A stretch of 33,192 nt of DNA from an uncultured Terriglobales bacterium (lineage in GTDB: Bacteria > Acidobacteriota > Terriglobia > Terriglobales > Acidobacteriaceae). The notes beneath the pieces are model-generated. The model was not told where the DNA came from. It saw only the letters and a program-made list of their open reading frames with translations, and did no database searches. Every line of letters begins with the position of its first letter. Position 1 is the stretch's first letter. This document shows positions 17,014 through 24,226 of this stretch, piece after piece. The stretch lies in NCBI GenBank assembly GCA_955652845.1, contig CATPBY010000050.1, forward strand, positions 1 to 33,192, given 5' to 3'. Both the position numbers and the translations under genes were made by a program.

Positions 17014-17741
17014 TGTTGTCGGTTTCAGGCAAAGTCGCGATCGTGGCTGCCCTGGAGCGGGAGGTGCGGCCTTTGATCAGGAACTGGCAGTCATGCGAAC
17101 GGAAACATGAAGGCCGCAAGTTCAAATTTTTCGAGAATCAATGGGCGGTAGCGGTTTGCGGTGGGATGGGGCGGGAGCCAGCACGGCGGGCTACTGAGGC
17201 TGTAATTGCGCTTTATCACCCTTCGCTGGTCATCTCTGCAGGATTTGCGGGCGCGCTGGATAGCACTATGGCAGTAGGTGATATTCACACACCACGGTTT
17301 GTCATCGATGCTGGCGATGGGAGCCGTACCGATACCGGAACCGGCACGGGCTCGTTGGTAAGCGCTGATGCCGTGGTGCGCCCTGAGCAAAAGGCAAAGT
17401 TAGCCAGGGCCTACGGCGCGCAGGCAGTGGACATGGAAGCGGCGGCCGTGGCCCGTGGTGCGCAGGCTCGCGAAATAAAGTTTAAAGCGATTAAAGCTAT
17501 CTCGGATGACACCAAGTTTGTCATGACTCCAATGGAACGGTTTGTCAGTTGGGATGGGAGATTTCGTGGAGGCAGATTCATGGTCTTTGCGCTTCTTCGT
17601 CCGTGGCTGTGGGCAAACATCGTGGGTTTAGCGAGAAATAGTTCCTTCGCCGCACGAGCACTTTGCCGCGCGCTAGAGCAGTGCAGTCACGGAGAAAGCA
17701 ACCATGCGATTGAACGATTGCAGGCCGTACCCGGGAAATAG
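17013..17741 (+). CDS. hpnG: hopanoid-associated nucleosidase/phosphorylase HpnG (adenosylhopane to ribosylhopane)
   Basis: ATG at 17013 overlaps the hpnA TGA by 1 nt and gives MLSVSGKVAIVAAL. It has PNP/UDP-phosphorylase-family features (VDMEAAAVARGA, IKAISD). It sits directly after shc-hpnA. Confidence 0.8.
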   Translation: MLSVSGKVAIVAALEREVRPLIRNWQSCERKHEGRKFKFFENQWAVAVCGGMGREPARRATEAVIALYHPSLVISAGFAGALDSTMAVGDIHTPRFVIDAGDGSRTDTGTGTGSLVSADAVVRPEQKAKLARAYGAQAVDMEAAAVARGAQAREIKFKAIKAISDDTKFVMTPMERFVSWDGRFRGGRFMVFALLRPWLWANIVGLARNSSFAARALCRALEQCSHGESNHAIERLQAVPGK

Positions 17742-17758
17742 CGCTGGAACGGGTATAA

Positions 17759-17790
17759 CGAAAGAAGCGCTTGACGAAAGAAGGGCTTGA
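17759..17790. repeat. tandem 16-bp direct repeat (15/16 identical) in the hpnG-to-MDR intergenic region
   Basis: CGAAAGAAGCGCTTGA (17759-17774) is followed immediately by CGAAAGAAGGGCTTGA (17775-17790). A purine-rich AAAGGAAACG follows. Confidence 0.8.
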
Positions 17791-17849
17791 AAAGGAAACG
17801 AGCGGTTTAGTGCCCCTTGATTTGTGAGGCGACCAGACTGACTCACGCT

Positions 17850-18974
17850 ATGTCGATTGCGCGACAATTCAACATCGAAGACAAGCGACTGGCCGTTCCA
17901 GCCACTATGCTTGCTGCGGTATATCGCAGGCCAGGTGAAGTTTGCATGGAGACCGTGCCTGTTCCCCGCATTAGTGCGGGCGAGTTGCTGGTCCGGGTCC
18001 ACACCTGCGGCATTTGCGGCACGGACTTAAAAAAGATTGCCACGGGATCGCATTCTGCACCTCGAGTCTTCGGCCACGAAACTTCGGGCGTGGTGGCCGC
18101 GGTCGGAGAGGGCGGACACGAATTCAACCCGGGTGACCGCGTGGTGGTCTTCCATCACGTCCCGTGCGGTGAGTGTTACTACTGCCGCCACAAGACTTTC
18201 GCCCGGTGTGAAACTTACAAGAAGGTAGGTTGCACGGCAGGCTTCGAACCCTCGGGAGGAGGCTTTGCAGAATACGTCCGCGTGATGGACTGGATTGTGC
18301 GGCGCGGGACAGTGCGTATTCCAGACCAGGTTTCATTCGAACAGGCCTGCTTTGTCGAGCCAGTCAATACCTGTATGAAGGGCATCCAGCGATTGCACAT
18401 CGAGCCGGGCGAAACAGTCCTGGTGGTCGGCCAGGGTCCTATCGGCATCTTATTGAGTGTATTGGCGAAACGAGGCGGGGCAAAGGTAATAACTTCCGAT
18501 TTGTATCAGCAGAGGCTTACAATATCAAGAGGGTTCGGACTAGACAATAATATCGACGCTTCACGTTCTGACGTAATAACGGCAGTGCGTCAGCGCACCG
18601 AGGGGCGAGGAGTTGACGCGGCTATTCTGGCGGTTGGGGGGAATGCCCTCATCCAGAAAGCGGTCGATTCGGTACGTCCGGGAGGAAGGGTGTTGTTATT
18701 TGCGCAGACCGTACGCGGTGAAGCTGTAATTGATCCGGCCGCGATCTGCATGGACGAGAAAACATTGTTGGGGTCCTATAGCGCTTCCGTCGAGCTGCAG
18801 GACGAATCGGTGCGATTTGTGATGAATCGTGAAATGGATCTGGAGCGTCTCATCAGCCACCGCTTCCCGTTAACGGACAGCGTGGAAGCCTTGAACCTGG
18901 CTGCCCATCCTCAGCCCGATTCCATGAAAATCGTGATTCAGCCGGGCAGCATGTGGGAAGGAAGTACAGAGTGA
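17850..18974 (+). CDS. zinc-dependent medium-chain dehydrogenase/reductase (polyol/threonine-dehydrogenase-like), copy 1
   Basis: Catalytic Zn ligands are present (CGICGTDLKK, GHETSGVV), as are a structural-Zn loop (CGECYYCRHKTFARC) and a GxGxxG motif (VVGQGPIGILL). The start is uncertain. ATG at 17850 is the longest ATG start; ATG at 17907 (MLAAVYRRPGEV) fits family N-termini best; the track start 17817 is TTG. Confidence 0.85.
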   Translation: MSIARQFNIEDKRLAVPATMLAAVYRRPGEVCMETVPVPRISAGELLVRVHTCGICGTDLKKIATGSHSAPRVFGHETSGVVAAVGEGGHEFNPGDRVVVFHHVPCGECYYCRHKTFARCETYKKVGCTAGFEPSGGGFAEYVRVMDWIVRRGTVRIPDQVSFEQACFVEPVNTCMKGIQRLHIEPGETVLVVGQGPIGILLSVLAKRGGAKVITSDLYQQRLTISRGFGLDNNIDASRSDVITAVRQRTEGRGVDAAILAVGGNALIQKAVDSVRPGGRVLLFAQTVRGEAVIDPAAICMDEKTLLGSYSASVELQDESVRFVMNREMDLERLISHRFPLTDSVEALNLAAHPQPDSMKIVIQPGSMWEGSTE

Positions 18975-18982
18975 ACGGAAAG

Positions 18983-20020
18983 ATGACAGCTGCAGTCCTC
19001 TACGGCAAAGAGGACATAAAAATTGAACGAGTACCGATCCCGCGCGTGGGACACGGCGAAGTGCTGGTCAAAGTGCAGGTCGCATTGACCTGCGGCACCG
19101 ATCTGAAAGTTTATCAACGCGGTTATCACGCCCGGATGATTGTCCCCCCTGCTCTGTTTGGCCATGAACTGGCTGGAGTCATCGAAGAAGTAGGATCGGG
19201 CGTACGTGGCTTCAAGAAGGGTATGCGGGTGGTGGCGTTGAACTCCGCTCCCTGCCAAATGTGCTTCTATTGCTCGAAACACCAGGAGAACCTCTGCGAA
19301 GACCTGTTATTCAATAACGGCGCCTACGCAGAGTACATACGGATTCCACGACGAATTGTAGAGACTAACATGCTGGCTGTGCCGCCGGATGTCAGTTACG
19401 AAGAAGCGGCGATGGTCGAGCCGCTGGCCTGCGTGCTTCGCGGGCTGCACGAAACCCGCGTGGAGATTGGGGATACGGTTACCGTGATCGGCGGCGGGCC
19501 GATTGGACTGATGTTCGTGCAGGTTGCCAAGGCCATCGGGTGCAACGTGATCTCAGTAGTCAAACGTGATTCGCAGGTGGCAGCCGCCAAGCGTATGGGC
19601 GCCCACGAAGTTGTACAGATCACACAGGTGAAGGATCCGGTTGAAGCTGTGCGCATGCTTTCCCCGGACAAGCGCGGCGGAGACGTTGTGATCGAAGCAG
19701 TGGGCCGTCCGGAAGCCTGGGAGTGGGCGATTGACATGGTGCGCAAAGGTGGCACGGTCAATTTTTTTGGCGGATGCGCCAGCGGGACCAAGGTGCAGCT
19801 CGATACCAACCGGCTGCATTATTCGGAAGTTACCTTGAAAGCCACGTTCCACCACACGCCGGAAACTGTGCGCAAAGCCTTTGGTCTTATCGCCGAGAAG
19901 AAAATTCGTTCGACCGACTACATTACTGGCGAAGCGCCGCTTTCGCGTCTGCAGCATGTTCTCCGTCACATGCTCAATCGTAACGGCGATATTAAGACAG
20001 CCATTATTCCTGGACACTGA
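18983..20020 (+). CDS. zinc-dependent medium-chain dehydrogenase/reductase (polyol/threonine-dehydrogenase-like), copy 2
   Basis: Catalytic Zn ligands are present (LTCGTDLKV, GHELAGVI), as are a structural-Zn loop (CQMCFYCSKHQENLC) and a GxGxxG motif (VIGGGPIGLMF). ATG at 18983 (MTAAVLYGKEDI) fits the family. GTG at 18971 overlaps the copy-1 stop (GTGA) and follows AGGAAG, so it is an alternative start. Confidence 0.85.
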   Translation: MTAAVLYGKEDIKIERVPIPRVGHGEVLVKVQVALTCGTDLKVYQRGYHARMIVPPALFGHELAGVIEEVGSGVRGFKKGMRVVALNSAPCQMCFYCSKHQENLCEDLLFNNGAYAEYIRIPRRIVETNMLAVPPDVSYEEAAMVEPLACVLRGLHETRVEIGDTVTVIGGGPIGLMFVQVAKAIGCNVISVVKRDSQVAAAKRMGAHEVVQITQVKDPVEAVRMLSPDKRGGDVVIEAVGRPEAWEWAIDMVRKGGTVNFFGGCASGTKVQLDTNRLHYSEVTLKATFHHTPETVRKAFGLIAEKKIRSTDYITGEAPLSRLQHVLRHMLNRNGDIKTAIIPGH

Positions 20021-20062
20021 GCTGGAATCGAAGCTCCGCCATTTGCCCGGGCGATAAAATCC

Positions 20063-21013
20063 ATGCCATCTGCCGTCACCAACCGCGTCAGTCCTACCCC
20101 CATGTCTCCTGCGTTGACGGGATGGAGCCGTTTGCCGGCGGAATACGCGATTCCGGATCAGGCACCCACGCTAGTGGAGGCCCAGAGCTACTGCCGGCGT
20201 TTGGCTCGCACCCACTACGAAAACTTCTCGGTCGCTACCTGGTTTCTGCCTGCCGGGCTGCGCCAGCATTTCTACAATGTGTATGCCTATTGCAGGATTT
20301 CGGATGATCTCAGCGACGAGGTGGGCGATCCGCGCGCATCTCTTCAGTTGCTCGATCAATGGGAGGAAGAGCTCGACGCTTGTTATCAGGGCCGCCCGCG
20401 TCATCCGGTATTCGTGGCACTGGCGGAAACAGTGGGCAAGTTCGATATTCCCAGGCAGCCGTTCGCCGATTTGTTGAAAGCATTCCGCCAGGATCAAGCC
20501 GTTACCCGCTATCCGACTTTCGATGATCTGCTGGGCTACTGTCGTTACTCGGCGAATCCGGTCGGCCATCTCGTGCTCTATTTGTGCGGTTATCGTGACC
20601 GGGAACGGCAAGCGCTTTCCAATTTCACCTGCACCGCACTCCAGCTGGCAAACTTTTGGCAGGATGTGAGCCTGGATCATGCCAAGGGCAGGATTTATCT
20701 TCCGCTGGAGGATCTGCAACGGTATGGCGTCAGCGAGGACGCCATAGCATCTGCGCGCAACACTGAAGCTTTTTGCGGGGTGATGCGCTTTCAGGTGCAA
20801 CGGGCCCGAGAGTGGTTCCAACAGGGCTTGCCATTGATTGGATTGGTGGATCGCGAATTAGCCATCGATATTGAATTGTTCAGCCGCGGTGGGCTGGAGA
20901 TTTTGAACGCGATCGAGCGCGAGCGGTATGCGGTGCTCGGGCGCAGACCATCGATTTCAAAACTCCGCAAACTGGCGCTCCTGGCCCGGGCGGCGCTGGG
21001 AAAGCTACTATGA
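20063..21013 (+). CDS. hpnC: squalene-synthase-family enzyme HpnC (presqualene diphosphate to hydroxysqualene)
   Basis: It shows the trans-isoprenyl diphosphate synthase head-to-head fold pattern (HYENFSVATWFLP, YAYCRISDDLSDE, NFWQDVSLD). It is first in the canonical hpnC-hpnD-hpnE order. Confidence 0.85.
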   Translation: MPSAVTNRVSPTPMSPALTGWSRLPAEYAIPDQAPTLVEAQSYCRRLARTHYENFSVATWFLPAGLRQHFYNVYAYCRISDDLSDEVGDPRASLQLLDQWEEELDACYQGRPRHPVFVALAETVGKFDIPRQPFADLLKAFRQDQAVTRYPTFDDLLGYCRYSANPVGHLVLYLCGYRDRERQALSNFTCTALQLANFWQDVSLDHAKGRIYLPLEDLQRYGVSEDAIASARNTEAFCGVMRFQVQRAREWFQQGLPLIGLVDRELAIDIELFSRGGLEILNAIERERYAVLGRRPSISKLRKLALLARAALGKLL

Positions 21014-21951
21014 GTGTGGCCGTGCAGCAGGCTCCAGCGCCCTTCGCCCCGACCCAATCGCAGCTGGCGGTGGCCTATTCAGTTTGCCGCAGCATCACGC
21101 GTTCGACAGCAAAAAACTTTTACTACGCTTTTCTGGCGCTTCCGCGGCCGAAACGGCAGGCTCTATGCGCGGTATATGCCTTCATGCGCCGATGTGATGA
21201 CATTGCCGACAATACCAGGATGCCATCAGGCGAAAGACGCCAACGGTTGGAGGAATGGCTTGACGCCTTCCATCGTACGCAATACGGGGAGCCTACAGAT
21301 GATCCCGTGCTGTTGGCATTGAGCGATGCGCAACTCCGCTACCAGATCCCGGGAGAATTGATGGACCAGCTTGCCTACGGCACGGCCATGGACCTTCCGG
21401 AGGATGCGCGGCAGTCAGGAAGGGAATCACGTGAACCCAGGGTGCGCTACGCCACGTTCGACGATCTTCGGGTGTACTGCTACCGGGTAGCTTCGGTGGT
21501 GGGCTTAGTTTGCATCCGGATATTCGGCTACCACGATTCGAAAGCAGAGTCCTTGGCTGAAAATTGTGGGTTGGCCTTCCAGCTTACCAACATCATTCGC
21601 GATGTAAAAGAGGACGCGGCGATGGGCCGGGTTTATCTTCCAGAGGAAGATTTAAGAAAGTTCGACATTGCAGCCGGCGAGCTCCGCAATCCCGCAGCGC
21701 CGACGCGGCTGCGATGGCTTCTGGCTGCGGAAGCTGAGCGCGCGCGGCAGTACTATCGGTCTGGCGATCAGTTGATTCCTCTCGTTGACGAAGACAGCCA
21801 GCCCGCCCTGTGGGTGCTGATCACGATCTATCGGCGGTTGCTGGAAAAAATTGGCAGCCGTCATTATGACGTTTTCAGCGATAGGGTGACTCTCTCGGTC
21901 CGCGAAAAACTCGTCATCCTTGGAAAGGGCTTTTTAAAACGCCTTACCTGA
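21010..21951 (+). CDS. hpnD: presqualene diphosphate synthase HpnD
   Basis: It has phytoene/squalene-synthase motifs (NFYYAFLALP, YAFMRRCDDIADN, NIIRDVKEDAAMGRVYLP). Its ATGA overlaps the hpnC stop. Confidence 0.85.
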   Translation: MSVAVQQAPAPFAPTQSQLAVAYSVCRSITRSTAKNFYYAFLALPRPKRQALCAVYAFMRRCDDIADNTRMPSGERRQRLEEWLDAFHRTQYGEPTDDPVLLALSDAQLRYQIPGELMDQLAYGTAMDLPEDARQSGRESREPRVRYATFDDLRVYCYRVASVVGLVCIRIFGYHDSKAESLAENCGLAFQLTNIIRDVKEDAAMGRVYLPEEDLRKFDIAAGELRNPAAPTRLRWLLAAEAERARQYYRSGDQLIPLVDEDSQPALWVLITIYRRLLEKIGSRHYDVFSDRVTLSVREKLVILGKGFLKRLT

Positions 21952-23381
21952 TGACGGAGCGCTGGACACAATCACCCAGGGTAGGCGTAGTTGGCGGCGG
22001 TTTGGCGGGACTTGCTGCCGGTTGTACTTTAGCCGATAGCGGATTCCGCGTGACATTGTTCGAACGCCGCCCATACCTGGGCGGACGCGCATCGTCATAT
22101 CAGTTGCCGGCGACAGGCGAGGTGGTAGACAACTGCCAGCATGTTATGCTTGGTTGCTGCACCAATCTGATCGACTTCTATCGCCGCATCGGCGTGCAGG
22201 ACAAGATTCGCTGGTACGACCAGATGACATTTCTGGAGCCCGGGGGGCGGACGTCGGTGATTGGGCCATCGTCGCTGCCAGCGCCGTTCCACACCGCACC
22301 AGCGTTCTTGCGTGCCGCCTGTCTGAACCTCCGCGACAAAATGGGCATTGCTTCGGCAATGGCGGCGCTTGCTCCCACGACGCCAAACGACAATGGCGAA
22401 TCGTTTCTCAGTTGGCTGCGTCGTCATGCGCAAACAAACCGCGCGATCGAACGGTTCTGGAAGACCGTGCTGGTAAGCGCTCTCAATGAAGATCTCGACC
22501 GCGTGTCCGTGCCTTGCGCCGCCCAGGTCATACGAGAGTCTTTCCTGAAGTCGCCCCCGGCGGGTCGTCTTGGCATCCCTACGGTGCCCCTGACCGAGCT
22601 GTACAGCGTGGCAGCAGACTACATCGCTGCCCGAGGTGGAGAAGTACGACTCCGCTCCGGTGTGGAAACATTTAGAGCGGAGTTCGCCAGCTTAAAGCTT
22701 TCGGGGGGAGAGCGAGAACAGAGTTTTGATTTCGTTGTCTTGGCAGTGCCCTTCGACGTGTTGTCCAGGATGTTGCCAGAAACCTCGGCAGCAGAGCCAC
22801 TGCGGCAGAATTTAGGCCGCCTGGAGACTTCGCCCATCACCGGCATTCACCTATGGTTCGATCGTCAGATTACCGGCCTCGATCACGCCGTATTGCTTGA
22901 TCGCACGATTCAGTGGATGTTCCACAAGTCGAGACTGCTGGAACGGGCCTCATTGAGCAAAGACGGCAAACCAGCGCAGGCCGGAGACGGCAGTTACGTG
23001 GAGCTTGTGGTCAGTGCTTCGAAGACTCTGGTGGACAAATCACGGGCGGAAATCGTGGAGATGGCGCTGGGCGAACTGCGTGAGTTTTTTCCTCAAGCGC
23101 GCGCCGCGAATCTGCTGAAGTCCACGGTGATCAAAGAAGTTCATGCTACGTATTCACCACGGCCGGGGGTCGAGCCTCTGCGCCCGCCGCCGGAAACTGT
23201 CTGGCCGCGAGTTTTTTTCGCCGGGGACTGGACAGCTACCGGCTGGCCGGCCACCATGGAAGGCGCCGTCCGCAGTGGCTACACCGCGGCCCAATGCGTG
23301 GCTCGGGTTGCCGGCCTGCGCGACGCCGCGTTTCTGGTGCCGGACCTGCCCGCAGCCGGATTCATGCGATTGTTTGGATAG
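21951..23381 (+). CDS. hpnE: FAD-dependent hydroxysqualene dehydroxylase HpnE (amine-oxidase fold)
   Basis: It has an N-terminal dinucleotide-binding motif (VGVVGGGLAGLAAG...LFERRPYLGGR) and a C-terminal FFAGDW motif. It overlaps the hpnD stop by 1 nt (TGATG). Confidence 0.85.
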   Translation: MTERWTQSPRVGVVGGGLAGLAAGCTLADSGFRVTLFERRPYLGGRASSYQLPATGEVVDNCQHVMLGCCTNLIDFYRRIGVQDKIRWYDQMTFLEPGGRTSVIGPSSLPAPFHTAPAFLRAACLNLRDKMGIASAMAALAPTTPNDNGESFLSWLRRHAQTNRAIERFWKTVLVSALNEDLDRVSVPCAAQVIRESFLKSPPAGRLGIPTVPLTELYSVAADYIAARGGEVRLRSGVETFRAEFASLKLSGGEREQSFDFVVLAVPFDVLSRMLPETSAAEPLRQNLGRLETSPITGIHLWFDRQITGLDHAVLLDRTIQWMFHKSRLLERASLSKDGKPAQAGDGSYVELVVSASKTLVDKSRAEIVEMALGELREFFPQARAANLLKSTVIKEVHATYSPRPGVEPLRPPPETVWPRVFFAGDWTATGWPATMEGAVRSGYTAAQCVARVAGLRDAAFLVPDLPAAGFMRLFG

Positions 23382-23396
23382 TGTGCCGATACACAA

Positions 23397-23777
23397 CTAC
23401 GCCGCCAGCAGCACCACCCCGCCGGCAACCAGCAAGGCAGCGATCCAGCGCCGATGGTCAACTCGTTCATGCAGGAAAATTTTTGCCGCAACCGCGTTGG
23501 CGATGAAGGTCAGCGCCGCCGCAGCTGGTCCTACCACGCTGACATCCGCCCAGGAGAGGCCGACCAGGAGGCTATAGAAAGCAAAAGTCATTGCCAGGAC
23601 TCCCAGCAGGAAACTGGGATTGCTTAAAACTCTTCCCACGACAATTAGCGCACCGCGCCGACGCCGGAGATCGCCGACATCACCTACATGCTTCATGGCA
23701 CGGGAGAGCAACACGTCGCCGGTCGTCGAAGCCATAACAATGGCTGCGATCGCAACCCAGGCGTGCGCCTGCTTCAT
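23397..23777 (-). CDS. half-size DMT-superfamily (single EamA-like domain) membrane protein, subunit B
   Basis: The 126-aa protein is nearly all hydrophobic helices. It is paralogous to the upstream gene (shared GD-LLSR-MK, LSWAD, FLHE-V---RW motifs). Its ATG overlaps the upstream stop (ATGA at 23774-23777). Confidence 0.75.
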   Translation of the reverse strand: MKQAHAWVAIAAIVMASTTGDVLLSRAMKHVGDVGDLRRRRGALIVVGRVLSNPSFLLGVLAMTFAFYSLLVGLSWADVSVVGPAAAALTFIANAVAAKIFLHERVDHRRWIAALLVAGGVVLLAA

Positions 23778-24214
23778 GGATTACTCCGGGTAGCAATAGG
23801 GTCAGCCACATAACCCTTCGGCTTGCTGTGCGGGATTTTCTTAGTCAACTCCGGCCCACGGGTCACAAACCCCACCCCGGCCGAGATCAACAAAATGCCG
23901 AGCCAGCGCGTCGTGCTGACGTCCTCATGCAAGAGGAACTTGGCAATCAGCGCCAACAACACATATCCCAGCGAAGTAGCGGGAAGGACATAAGTTAGAT
24001 CAGCCCAGGACAGGGCAGTCATGTAGGCGGCGAAAAAACCCAGCAGAAAGATAATTCCCAGAGCAACCCAGGGATTGAGGATTGCGAGAATGACATTCGA
24101 CAGATGTTGCGGGGAAACGCTGCCTAACTGCTTCATGCCTCGGGAGAGCAGCGAATCGCCCACCGCAGCAAACACGGTCACTGCGGCCAGCACCAGATAC
24201 TTGCGAAAAGTCAC
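23774..24214 (-). CDS. half-size DMT-superfamily (single EamA-like domain) membrane protein, subunit A
   Basis: The 146-aa protein starts at GTG 24214, preceded by AGGGA with a 7-nt spacer. That start is 12 nt after the stop of the radical-SAM gene. The motifs match its partner. It also has a hydrophilic C-terminal tail (TRGPELTKKIPHSKPKGYVADPIATRSNP). Confidence 0.75.
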   Translation of the reverse strand: MTFRKYLVLAAVTVFAAVGDSLLSRGMKQLGSVSPQHLSNVILAILNPWVALGIIFLLGFFAAYMTALSWADLTYVLPATSLGYVLLALIAKFLLHEDVSTTRWLGILLISAGVGFVTRGPELTKKIPHSKPKGYVADPIATRSNP

Positions 24215-24226
24215 ACTTGTCTGTCC

